Below are positions 26,681 to 39,490 of a stretch of DNA of 64,000 bases, piece by piece. Made by a program: the position numbers and the translations under genes. Each line of letters opens with the position of its first letter. The stretch's first letter is position 1. Origin of the DNA: Octopus sinensis (lineage: Eukaryota); assembly GCF_006345805.1 (NCBI RefSeq), contig NC_043006.1, forward strand, positions 91,760,001-91,824,000. The letters run 5' to 3'. The notes beneath the pieces are model-generated. The model was given only the letters and a program-made list of their open reading frames with translations, made no database searches and had not been told where the DNA came from.

Positions 26681-28578
26681 ATTGTCTTCAAAAATATATA
26701 AATACGTATATAGTTATGTGACTCTGTGTGTGTGCGCACGCGTGTACGCGCTTTCGCGCGTGTGTGTGTTTACAGTGATAGATTCGAGGGTTTCAGTTAT
26801 TTACGAGTTGATTTCTAAGTTTCACAAGACTATAAATACCTATAATAGTGATACTTAAAAAAATTGTCAGCGCGCAGGGTACGCATCGCGCTCCTCCGAT
26901 GCCTTTTTTTTTTCATTTATCTTTGTCCTCTTATCTTTGCTGTCACCTAACTTAACCGGATGCTGGTATAATTACGACAACCATGCTGCAACTAGCTTCA
27001 TTTCCAACTTAGTGAGGTTTTATATTTTGCTCTCAGAAATAAATTAATTTAAAAGTATGTATTTTATTGTGAGAATGATTCAGATTCGCTAAGAACAGAC
27101 GAACAAAGCAAGAAAGCAGAGAAGGACATTGGAAGTAGGTTTTCAAATATCCAATCTTGCTTTGCAAACGCGAATGTTGCATTTCCTGTTAGGTTATAAC
27201 CGGTCATCAAAGTAAAATTATATCGACAAAAAGCCAATAAGTTTTGGTTTTATTTTAGCTCCATTCTATCAAAATTTATTTGTTTTTCAATGTCTTTTGG
27301 ATCCTCCACATTTAGGTTCTTTGATTGTTTATCAAGTTTCTTCATGAAATTGCTGTCGGAAATTTCATAGATAAGATATAATTATATTTCTAATAACTCA
27401 TTGAAAAATGCGAGTAGCAAACATTATGTATTTCACAATCAAAGGGCTGAAAACGCCACGCTTAATAATAACGCAGAAGACTAGCGGAGACTAAATTAAA
27501 AATATATGAATAAATCAAATATTCGCTTCATTGAATATACTTTATTGATGACTCAAACAAAGAAGGTTACTTTGCAAACCACGACAAAGTGATAAACCGC
27601 AAGATTTAAAACACATAGGAGGATGAGAGGTCTCGATGTTTATGAAAGTTTTCTAAAATGTTCACGTTGTTATCTTATTGAGCTATTTATCACTCAATGG
27701 TGAAAACTGTTACAAGCTGGAAGGCTATGTTTTCCTACAAAACTTAAATCAATAGCAAGATGGACATAACGAAAGCTATCAAGAAGCAGGTGAAATTGGC
27801 CATATTGATTAGAAAGCACTTGTAACCTATAGATACGAGTTGTTCTTTCATACACTCATTGTATACAGCTTCATTTGAAGCATTAATAATTATGGAAATC
27901 TTCCATTTGAATCAAACATCTTTTGGGCAGACACTTTTTCTCATGTTACCGGGTGTAGTATTAATTAATATTGGCTATAAAAATTTCACAAAACGACAGG
28001 AAATAATTCATATATAAATGATATAAATGGAAAGAAAAATGTAAAAGTTGTCAATATGAATCGATGACTCTCTCCCCTGTTATGACATGTAAAATACCTC
28101 AGACACGACCATAAAAATAGATTAATGCTTAATGGTAGTGTACATGGTCCTTTAGATGTCGATTGTTTGTAAATACAGTGGCTCAATGTTTGTTTATTTT
28201 ATAGAATCGATCAGTCTATCACAAACATTTATGTGATAGATTCTGAACAGATCGAAAAGAAAAACAACCACTGCAGAATTTGCACTCGAAATCTAAACCT
28301 ATGAAATATTATGTGAAATAAATTTGTTTCAGTTTATGCCTCTGAATATACTAAGGTGAACGTATCCTCATCAAATTCAATACATTAGAGGACCTAATAA
28401 ACACATTATCAAACTAGGTTCATTACAAAGTAAAATGTATTGAATCTTGGTTGTTTGAGATTTCAAAGATGTTAAAGGGTCGTATAGAATGTTTTACAAT
28501 AATATGTTCGATGTTTCATAAAATCGTTAATAAATGTCAGTTATGTAGAAAGTAATAAAATTCGAACGGCACAATCTG

Positions 28579-28920
28579 GGCGCAGAAATCGCTGTGTGGT
28601 TAAGAGGATTACTTTGCAACCACGTGGTTTCGGGTTCATGTCTAATGTGCAGCACCTCGGGAAAATGGACGAGTGTCATCAACGGTGGTCATAGGTGGTA
28701 CACAAATGGATTGTCAGAGAATTTGTAAGATGGAAACTACGGTAGCTCGTTCTATAGTTATAAATTGATCAATCGAACAGTTACTAGGTTTCAATAAGTA
28801 CTACGTTCGAGCTCCGAGATTTTTAGTAAATACTGCAATCAATCTGATTGGGAAAATCTTTCAATGTAGTGCCCCAGAATGGTCGTAGCATAATGATGAA
28901 AGCAAGTAAAAGGCTAAAAG
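28579..28920 (+). mobile_element. Degenerate SINE family 1
   Basis: Head ggcgcagaaatcgctgtgtggttaag...gggttc and tail gcaagtaaaagg. Confidence 0.6.
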
Positions 28921-29348
28921 CACAACTAAATATCGAGATTTTTCAAATAATTTTCTTTCCCTGTGTTGTAAAATGACATATGGGTAGTTGTCTTTTATCT
29001 GTCGCTTGTTTCAGTCTGTGCCTATGCTGGGGCATCACCATGACGTGTGTGTGTGTATGTATGTATGTATGTATGTATGTATGTATGTATGTATGTATGT
29101 ATGTATGTATGTATGTATGTATGTATGCATGCATGTATAAAATCTCCGACGTATTTATGTAACTGTTAAATTAGATGTGGGAATAAAACTGTCTCGAAAT
29201 GAGAGCAATTAACTTTACTATTAAAACAAGTCTGATTTAGTTGCGTTGTAGGAGCAATAATATTGAAGTTATTTTTACTGATGCAATTCCAGCAAAACGA
29301 AATTTTAGGTGCCGTTATTGCGAAGCAAAATGAGAGCCGCTACGTGGA

Positions 29349-29891
29349 CACTTTCGAGTGCTACTGGTAACATGTAACCCAGTACAACCTGTTGCATGGT
29401 CGGGTCGTCGGCGACTAAACCGGCATCACCACCAAGCTTGCTTGGTGAGGAGGGTATTTATTGGACATCCTGCGGGATGAAAAACAAAACTCGTCAAAGG
29501 GCAGAGGAACTCTTGAGGGTCAACGGCCATCCAATAAATGTCTTAAGGCTGTATCATGCGCGGGGACATAGAAATAATCGGACTGAATACCCGATCGCGC
29601 AGTTAAACCATTGGGAGTGAAGGACTCCTAGCCTTTGTTAGGGCATCCTTCTAGGAGAAGGTAACTCAGGTAACTGGGATAACTCCGACATAGAACCTGC
29701 GGCTCAGTGGTTACCGATGATGTTGACTTGTTCTTCTTTTCGGATTATGGCTGCTGTTGCTTAGTGAGTGTGATTGACTCAGTGCACAGCCTTTCCTCAC
29801 TTAAAAATATCTTCTTGCACAGGCATTGCACGATATAAACATTGATTAAGGTTCGTGCAATGGCCATACTCAATAACGAGGGGGCAGCCAC
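29349..29891 (+). mobile_element. Non-autonomous RTE-like retroposon (copy 2), ending in (ATGT)n
   Basis: Reverse complement of 1689-2200 plus an insertion of about 30 bp bounded by TTGCACGA/TCGTGCAA. Confidence 0.6.
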
Positions 29892-30064
29892 CATGTATGT
29901 ATGTATGTATGTATGTATGTACGTATGTATGTATGTATGTATGCATGTATGTATGTATGTATGTATGTATATATGTATATATACATACAGAGAGAGAGAG
30001 AGAGAGAAAGAGAGTGAGGGATGGGCAAATAGATACACCGGCATAATGTAAAGGTAGCTGACAA

Positions 30065-30245
30065 TATATATGTATATGATGGAGTTTTCCACATTCCTCG
30101 TCTACCAAATTCAATCACTTGCAATGCATTGTTCGCTCTGACGCTTCAGTAAAAGGTGCTTTGCCAAGGTGCTACGCAAGGTGACCGAGCCCTAAACCAC
30201 ATGGGCGTCAACCGAGTTTCTAAACCAATCAGCTATGCTTGCGCC
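30065..30245 (-). mobile_element. Degenerate 5' half of SINE family 1
   Basis: ctcgtctaccaaattc...gccaaggtgctacgc...aaaccacatgg...cttgcgcc. Confidence 0.55.
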
Positions 30246-30566
30246 TATATACACGCGATGGCAATAATTTTAAACAATTTATGTAAATCCTTTCAGCTGA
30301 TCAAATATTTAAATTCCAAACGTTTCTCTCCCCTATAGATATAACCAATTTCTTGTCAGCTACCTTTGGATTAGGCTTGTGCATCTATTTGTCACATCTC
30401 TCACTCTCTTTCTCTCTCTCTCTCTGTATATATATATATATGCACACATATATATACATACATACATACATATATACATATACATATATACATACATATC
30501 TATGTGTGTATACGTTTAAATATTTGTTGTGCAAGATTTTTTATGTGAAGTCGTGTGTTGAAACAG

Positions 30567-32116
30567 ATATTGTTATATTTCGGAATGGTCATATTGCCAG
30601 TTTAGCCAATAAAAACACACGCACTATATATTTGGTGTTATTTTGCTTCAGTGATATTTATTTTTTACATTAATCTTAATCTTATTTCGGCCAAAGTTCT
30701 TTCGTCACACTCCTGTGACCGCATCAGTGGTCCTTTGTTTTCTTCTCACTTACTTGTGTCTCTCCTTACTAACCGTCAGCCATTTTGTATTTCTATTGTA
30801 TGTCTTCATTTGCGCATGCTTATATCTCTATGTGCGTCTATGTTTATTTAGTGTGTGGGGGGGGATGCCTGTAATATTTGTATCTTCTGGTTATATACAT
30901 TCTTGTAATTTGTATTTTGTTTTTGTTGTTGTTGCTTTTGTTCTAATTTTGTTCATGTGTTTACATCCACCCATTATTATCATTACATATGCTTGTATGT
31001 ATGTATAACAACAATATTAGTAATAATAATAATAAATCTAATCGAAAAAAAAAAAATATATACATATACATATATATATATACATACATATACATATACA
31101 TATACATATATATACATATATACACACATACATACACATATAGATATTCATTTCTATTTCTTTAATTACCTGTGTATTTATTATGTTTGCAGGATCCACT
31201 ATTGTCATATGTTGTGGTGTGCGCTATTGCTCCATTCTAGTTTTCTATTCAGGCTAGGTTTATTTTCTATTATATGTGTAGCTTCTGTAATTTGTCTAAT
31301 TGTTGCATCTGTTCTATGTGTGGACAATATCTTAACAATAACATAGAGATTAAGATATTGTCCACACATAGAACAGATGCAACAATTAGACAAATTACAG
31401 AAGCTACACATATAATAGAAAATAAACCTAGCCTGAATAGAAAACTAGAATGGAGCAAAAGCGCACACCACAACATATGACAATAGTGGATCCTGCAAAC
31501 ATAATAAATACACAGGTAATTAAAGAAATAGAAATGAATATCTATATGTGTATGTATGTGTGTATATATGTATATATATGTATATGTATATGTATATGTA
31601 TGTATATATATATATGTATATGTATATTTTTTTTTTTTTTTTCGATTAGATTTATTATTATTATTACTAATATTGTTGTTATACATACATACAAGCATAT
31701 GTAATGATAATAATGGGTGGATGTAAACACATGAACAAAATTAGAACAAAAGCAACAACAACAAAAACAAAATACAAATTACAAGAATGTATATAACCAG
31801 AAGATACAAATATTACAGGCATCCCCCCCCACACACTAAATAAACATAGACGCACATAGAGATATAAGCATGCGCAAATGAAGACATACAATAGAAATAC
31901 AAAATGGCTGACGGTTAGTAAGGAGAGACACAAGTAAGTGAGAAGAAAACAAAGGACCACTGATGCGGTCACAGGAGTGTGACGAAAGAACTTTGGCCGA
32001 AATAAGATTAAGATTAATGTAAAAAATAAATATCACTGAAGCAAAATAACACCAAATATATAGTGCGTGTGTTTTTATTGGCTAAACTGGCAATATGACC
32101 ATTCCGAAATATAACA

Positions 32117-32120
<4 letters not shown>
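30567..32120. mobile_element. 1.55-kb near-perfect palindrome: a 5'-truncated PLE 3' end with an inverted duplicate
   Basis: Arms 30567-31335 and 31350-32120 with a 14-nt spacer. Each arm encodes KILSTHRTDATIRQITEATHIIENKPSLNRKLEWS, a GIY-YIG C-terminal pattern (RQI.EA..I....PSLNRK.EW), and carries an HHR-like motif. Confidence 0.85.
31954..31998 (+). ncRNA. Minimal HHR-like motif with non-canonical core (mirror copy at 30689-30733 on the minus strand)
   Basis: GG(A)CCA-CTGATGCG-GTCAC aggagt GTGAC-GAAAG AA CT-T-TGGCC. All three stems form, but A9 is replaced by C and there is one extra nucleotide. Confidence 0.5.
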
Positions 32121-32210
<90 letters not shown>

Positions 32211-32684
32211 GTATTACATTATTTTCGATTTCTCTAGTTGCTCTCATAATATTACATTCCAATTACGCTTTTGTTGGTGCTAATTTAACTATAAGCTCTT
32301 CATTCAAGACTAATCATTTATTTCATAGAAGTTATTATTATTCTATCATTCTTGGATACAGATTACAAATATTCTGGCTTATTTAATCTAGAATATACAT
32401 TTGTAATAACTGCAATCCAGCGTTGAAAGATCTTTCTTTTCTTTCTCTGTCTTCATGACATATCTAAGTAAACAATGTGTCAGATTTCCCAATTAAATAG
32501 AATCCGAGTATATTTACTTGATATCATGAGTTGCAATGGAACCGTAGTGGTCGCCAGGTCGGAAGTAATGCGACGAAAGATTTGACAACAAATAATGAAA
32601 GTTGAGGTAATGTTAACAGTCTTTGTATGACTTCTACGCTGTAATTGTTTTGGTTTTAGCGCAGTCCCAGTCGAATTCACTTGC

Positions 32685-32761
32685 CTGGCAAGTACAACTC
32701 AGAAGTTCCGATAACTTCAACCAAGCCACCAAAATCCCGAGAAACATTGTTAACCTCTCGC
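32685..32761 (-). CDS. Weak candidate exon with GC donor; possible start of MFLGILVAWLKLSELLSCTCQ
   Basis: Strong acceptor tctgtttttcttag and consensus GC-type donor CAG/GCAAGT. Two frames are open. No family recognised. Confidence 0.25.
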
Positions 32762-34064
32762 CTAAGAAAAACAGATTATAACTTCAGTTCATGAAATACA
32801 GGATCTGTATTATAATAATCTCTTAATATAATAATGAGCGTAGTGCTTTTATATATCTGTATATATATAGAGTAGTTGTATATATATATATATATATAAG
32901 TTTGTCCAAAATCACGCAGCCGGAGTAAATGGTGAAGGCAGACGAGAGAAAATAGTAATTCAGTAAAGGAGAAGTAGTGAGAGTAATAGCCATGACTGAG
33001 AGGGAATAAGAGAAAGTAATAGCAATGGGAGTGAGGAAGTGGCAAAGAGAGTGTCGTACATCTTCCACCATAATAATCTACTATAATAACACTCTTGTGC
33101 ATTTCTCCGACACAATATCTGAATGAGAAAGGAAGGGGTGATCCACCGATGGAAATGGGATGGTAAAAAGTCAACGGTGAAAGAAAAGTCAAACAGCGCT
33201 TCAACTTTGTGTAAGTACATGTGTATACGTGTAAACGGGAAGAATGTAACTGTTTGTGTGCGTGCGTGTGTATTGGTGTGTGCTTGTGTAAAATATATTT
33301 ATATATTTGAGTGTGTGTACATATTTGTACCGACTCGTCTACGTATACATACATGTATATGACTGGTATATTTGCAGACAAATCAGTTGCGATATACCGA
33401 TATCAAAACTAGAGCCAATCTCTTCGCAAAGATTTCTCGTTTCAGGGATCTGTACGTCTCCACCGCACCACTCTGCTTAATGAGTAATTAAGCAAATATA
33501 TAATGTATTATTAATTGTAATGTCTGTTGCGGGTAACAGTAATTCCTAATATTATTTATTCCTATGCATTGGACTGCGTCAAATGTACGATGCTGCAGTA
33601 TTTGAGATATTAATTTAATTAGTCACTGAAAGGTGATATTTCACTCTGCTTATACGCCGTGAGTCACATTTGAAAAGCCACAGCTATAGACTTATGCGTT
33701 GCAAATGTTTCTGGGTGTCTTTTCATTTTCCATTTTCAGACCAGCCACAAGAAAATCAATTCTATTAATTTTTTTCCCCAGTACACCTTAGCAACTAATC
33801 TTGCCAGTCTATATAAGCGATTCATTTCATTAACCGAAGTATCAACAATTTTGTAATTTCCGTTTTTTTTTATATATTCACATTTTAAACAAAAGCTGTT
33901 TGTAAATGAAATCTAATTTTTCGAGATTTCATTTCTATAAGTTTATTTATGTATTATATCTTTTATAACGGAGGTCTTTTATATTTTAGAATCCTCACTT
34001 CTCTAACGGATGGGTGTATTATTTATAATAAGCTGCTTAAACAAAAACACCACTGATGTTCCTT

Positions 34065-34352
34065 CTCGAGCCACGCCTGACTCATAAGGGCCGGCTTCCC
34101 GGTTTCCTTGGCGTATAAGGTTCCCCACCTGGACGGGACGCCTGTCCGTCGCAGGTGAGCTGCTAGATGCAGAAGGAATGAGAGAGAAAGTTGTGGCGAA
34201 AGAATCAGCAGAAGTTTCGCCATTACCTTCTGCCAGAGCCGCGTGGAGCTTAGGTGTTTTGCTCATAAACACACACATCGCCTGGTCTGAGATTCGAACC
34301 CGCGATCCCTCGACCGCGAGTCCGCTGCTCTAACTACTAGGCCATGTACCTC
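34065..34352 (-). mobile_element. tRNA-derived SINE (family 3 head) with a 17-bp target-site duplication
   Basis: TSD caccactgatgttcctt at 34048-34064 and 34353-34369. Head has A-box TGGCCTAGTAG and B-box GGTTCGAATCT. Confidence 0.9.
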
Positions 34353-34574
34353 CACCACTGATGTTCCTTTACCCATGAGTTCCTTTACTGATTGGGACGT
34401 CACAGCAGTAGTGAATACAGATTAGATTATGAAAATGCATTACATTAATACTATACTGAGTTGTAGAATGGTCTTTGAGACACACTGAACATCTATTCAC
34501 ATTGTTTTGGAAGTGTTTATCCTTCTCCTTACAAATCATTGCATCACCCATGTTAACCTCATCATCGCCGAGGT

Positions 34575-34830
34575 CTGTCAGGAGGCCAAGCATTCATAAG
34601 GCCAGAGTGCAAGTTGGTTTCCATGGCAAATAAGAGACTTGAATTACAACGCTTCCCCTCCACTGAACGGGATGCCGGTCCGTTGAAGAGTTAACTTCTC
34701 AACTATTTCTGGAATTCATTTCGGCTGCAGCATCACGAAATGAAGATTTTTAATGGAGCGACCGGTTTGGGAATCTAGACAAAGATTTAACAACGATCTG
34801 GAGTGCAACGCTCTGACCACAGCGTCACTT
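34575..34830 (-). mobile_element. Degenerate tRNA-headed SINE sharing its 3' module with 34065-34352
   Basis: cataaggccagag...ggtttccatggc...aacgggatgccggtccgttg...acgctctgaccac. Confidence 0.5.
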
Positions 34831-36441
34831 GCTTTCACCTGTGTCGTCGGGAAGACGCACTGTCCATATCTCCCTAGCTGTGGTCAAAACATTTCGAGAG
34901 CCACGTTATTCTCTGTGTTATTACTGGGTGAAAACGCGTAGGTGTAATTTTAAAGAATGTTAAGTTGCAATTTTTAGCAGTCAAAAAACTCTGTAGAGGT
35001 TTCCTTATTATTGGCAAGTCCTTTACGTTTTATAACGGAGGTCTTTTGTATTTTAGAATCTTCACCTCCCTAACAGATTGGTGTAGAATTTATAATAAGC
35101 TGCTTAAACAAAAACATCACTGATGATTTTTGTTACCTTTGAAGCGTTATTATAAAAAGGGGATAATCGACTAGAAAGACAATACATGCTAAAGAGAGAC
35201 ATGGAATTGTCTACAGCAGCATAAACCATAAACCGGGCTGTGTAACTCCTTCCATGACTGTGAACAAATAAAATCCTTCCACCAGTTTTATTGCAATAAA
35301 TATTATTTCAATCTTGTTTGCAAACATTTGAAAGCATCCAGTTCCTTGCTTTATTATCAACTTCTACACACCTGCCTAACAGTTTCTTATTTCCGGATTT
35401 TCTTTAAGGATTTAGTCTTTTAACCCCCTTTCTTTTATTAACGATCAATAAATTATCCCAAAAGATAGCAGGGGGTTATTATTCTAGTGTTAATCGTTCG
35501 TACACTGACAATCTCACTCTCAAATAAGTGCCATGAGTTCAGGGGTAATTAGGATCCAGAATTTATATGGAGTTACCCTCATCTCTTAGATGAGCAGCTA
35601 AAGAGCTTTCAGAGCCTCATCTGTTCTAGGTTCTTTCGGACATCTGTGAGTGGAGAGTGACATGAAAAATACCTGAGATGGGAAATCTGATTAAAAAGTG
35701 TCAAAGAATTGTTTCATGTTTGTGTACGATGTACTATAGACAGTGATTTATTTAAACCTGTCTCGAATGTGAAATATTTCTGATCATAAGTATCAAAGAA
35801 TTTATTTGTTATTCTGACGATTTGTCCAAATATTGTGGGAAACCAAGATCATTACATGACTGCGAACAAATAAAATCCTTCCACCAGTTTTACTGCAATA
35901 AATCTTATTCAATCTTGTTTGTAAACATTTGAAAATATCCTGTTCCTTGCTTTATTATCAAGTTCTTTGGAACAAACAATGATTTAATGGCTAAACCGTT
36001 TGGTTTCTCAAGAAATGGTACTCAGTATAAAATTTCTCTTACTTTGTCTGCTTCTGTTTTCCGTCTTGTAAATTACTTATCTTCCTATGCAGAAAGCAAA
36101 AACCGTTTTCACACTGTCATACACTGGCATCTTTCCGATCACTTGCCTTTGTTTTCAGTTAGGATTTCACACTCCTATTTCTTACCTTCGATCACCTTCC
36201 TCACCGCGCCATTTTCTTTCCATTTCTTTCAATTACAACAGCTTCTAAACAGTGGAATTTATCTTCTGCAACAATTGTAACATCATCAGGGCTATTAATA
36301 ATTTATGACAAAAATGATAATTAAGGTGGGAAGTACATGAATGCAATCTATTAAGTGCTTTACATTCTCAAAATTCACCTCCCTCCCTCTCCCACCTCTC
36401 TCTCTCTCAACACTGAAATTAAATTATATCATAATTACATG

Positions 36442-37702
36442 TATTATGTTGCTCCGAAAATAATGGCGCTCTAAGCCTTGTGTTATGAAACGCAATTTAT
36501 CATAGTATTTTAATTATATTTTAGGTGAATTTAGACATACTTAATTGATGTATGCTCTTTAATAATTTTCTGCTTATTTCAGACAGAAGATATTCTTGGC
36601 GCATAGGCACCCTTAATTATGAACATGACAAAAAAGGACTTTTGCCTACTTTTCTTGCATGAGTTGAAGCTTGGGCACAATGCCTCCCAAACTGCTGCCA
36701 ATATCAACAGAGCATGGGGAGATGGGTCCACAGGTGATCGCACAGTACGAAGGTGGTTTCAGAAATTCCGTAGTGGTGATGAGAGCCTTGAAAATGAAGA
36801 ATGTAGGGGACGATCATGCAGTCTTGGCAACGAACAATTGAAACCCACGTCAAAGTGTCAGAGAAATGTCTTAGGCACTTGGTGTCAGTATTGCAACGGT
36901 CTCACGCAATCTGCAGAAGGTTGGTAAGGTGAAAAATCTCCATAAATCGGTACCGCATGCGCTCAATGAAAATCAAAGAGCTCGGTGTTTTGAAGTGTGC
37001 TCGATGCTCTTTCTGCGAAACTCCAATGATCGTTTTCTTGACCGAATAGTCACTTGTGACGAAAAGTGGATCCTTTATGGTAACAGTAAACGATCGGGTC
37101 AATGGCTTGATTGTGATGAGTCCCCCAAACATTCCCCAAAGCCAAAGTTGCATCAGCTACAGATTATGATGACTGTCCGGTGGTCTGCAATTGGTGTTGT
37201 CCATTACAGCTTTTTGGAAGCTAATCAAAGCATTACAGCAGAGGTTTACTGGAATCAAATCGCTGAAATGCATGCTCACTTGCGAAACATGAAACGTGCA
37301 TTGATGTATCGGTGTGGCCAATTCTGCTCCAGAGTAATGCAAAGCCACATATTGCAAGAATAACGCTGCAGAAACTCAGACCTTGGTTACGAGACTTTAC
37401 CACATCATCCATATTCTCCTCATCTTTCACCCACTGACTACCATTTTTTAAGCATTTATACACGATTTTAAACGATAAAACTTTTAGGTCCAAACCAGAG
37501 GTGGAATCAGTTTTCAAAGATTTCTTAGCATCAAAGCCGATAAGTTTTATCAACGAGCTATAAATAATCTCGTTGATCAATGGCAGAGATGCATAAACGT
37601 TCACGGCTCATACTTTGACTAATCAAAACATTTCTATTGTTAATTTTTCTAGAATAAAATTATGTTTCTGAAATCGGTCATTATTTTCGGAACTGCCTAA
37701 TA
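36442..37702 (+). mobile_element. Full-length mariner (Tc1/mariner DD34D type, Hsmar1-like) DNA transposon
   Basis: Imperfect TIRs tattatgttgctccgaaaataatg and cattattttcggaactgcctaata with terminal TA. Length of about 1.26 kb is typical for mariners. Confidence 0.9.
36619..37622 (+). pseudogene. Frameshifted mariner transposase
   Basis: HTH region ELKLGHNASQTAANINRAWG..RTVRRWFQKFRSGDESLENEE. SVPHAL corresponds to WVPHEL, IVTCDEKW to TGDEKW, and PYSPHLSPTDYHF to YSPDL. C-terminus is WQRCINVHGSYFD*. The coding region is split across frames. Confidence 0.92.
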
Positions 37703-39452
37703 TTATACAAGTGTAGTCATTGTGCATACTTAAAGGCGATTAATGATACATCATTTAATTGAATTATTTCTTTCATATTTACATGGTTTCAAATTGAGAA
37801 GGAAAGAGAAATGAAAGTGTGAAGCGTTCAAAGAATTCTCAAACTTATAACAACGTGAATAAAACGTACAAACAGTGCAGAATAAACAGAAGTTAATTAA
37901 AACTACGTTCAGAGCTGGTCACTACGACTTGAATGAATCGAGATTTCACACTTTGAAACCAATTTTTTGAAAGAATTATTCAATAGAGTGAATTGATCGC
38001 AAGCAGTTATCTAGTGTTCTTTGTATTTATCTTGGACTTTTCAGTCTAAAAGTGCCGGACATTGAACATTGTCTTTCAAAGCTTTTAATAGCTTGGGTTA
38101 CTGTTCTCTCACAAAGATAATATTGCCGCTGCGTTGTATGCCACCATCTGCGCCCGAACAACCAGCAGCCATCACAAAATGTATTCGAACATCTTTGCTG
38201 ACGTCACTTGCAATAGTATCAATTAATTATATTATATTCAGTAAAATGACTGGCACTTTATTCTATTAGCTTAAAAAAAAAAATGAAAAGCAAAAATGAC
38301 ATTAACTCGATTTGAAATGGGAACCTAAAGGGGCAGAAAAAAAATTCTGTATGATACTTTTCTCGACAGTCTAACGATTACACCAACCGAGCACAGAAAG
38401 AGTAATCTGAATGTTTTTCGGGTATGTAGGCTTATTCAGTAATATCCGTTCTTACAGATCTTACCACGTGAATTTAAAAAAATACAAAAGATTTCAAATC
38501 TTACCTTGAAATCGTCAGGCGATAAACAATGTTTGAAAATTCACACACGGGAAAACATCTAAATGTATGAATATATTTTATCATGAATTTATTATTATAA
38601 CTATTAATATCTACATTCATAAAAGGTATATTCCATCTTGTAATGAAACATTTATATTTACAGTATCAAACTGGTACCATAAATCCAGTCTTTGTTTTAA
38701 CACATAACCCGTGAACAGCATATATAACCAGTAATTTCAACTTGTATGTATGATTTTCTCATTTAAAATAAGGCATGTACATACGTACACTGCACAGCCG
38801 AAATACGTAGACGTGCTTCATGAGGGCACGGTTTGAATTTTAATTCCTTCTTTAAACAATACTTATGCGTGTGTATGCATTTTTTATGCATACCGTACGT
38901 GTATATATATGATTATATTCCACTTAAAGTGTATGTTGTTTTAGAATACAGGATACTGCTTTATTTATCATGAGAGAACCTCTCATATGGACTTACAGTG
39001 CATAAAGCATTCGTGCAGAAAAGTATTCGCTGGCGGACGATAACTCGTCTCTTGGTCACTGGTACTGCCAGATCAGGTGATCTCAGCCTTCTTGGCCTCG
39101 TCAATAACAAACGCCTGCGGCTTCTGTCTCTTTTAATTATTTTAAAGAAACCCACTGGTTATTTGCGACAACAGTGGATGAATAGACATTGGGATTTTAT
39201 ATGTCTTTGCTTAACATAGGAAATGCATTCATTACATAAACTTTTCGCAGTTAACGTGTTTCAAAATATGCAGAAATTGATGGAAATATTTCAATATGTA
39301 TGAGGTTAGAGCAGTAAATCGGTTTTGGCCACTAAGTTTCGAGGGTAGATATGTGTGATAATCGATTTCTGAAACAAACTCCCAAACTTTGGTTTTAATA
39401 AAGGCTACATCCTCTACGACATGCAGTGAACGCTCTTTTCTCATTCATTCGT

Positions 39453-39490
<38 letters not shown>

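Noticed and set aside
38490-38520. Minus-strand CTGACGA...GAAA that looks like an HHR
   Set aside because: GAAA would be sequestered in the TTTCAA/TTGAAA hairpin, and stems I and III do not form.
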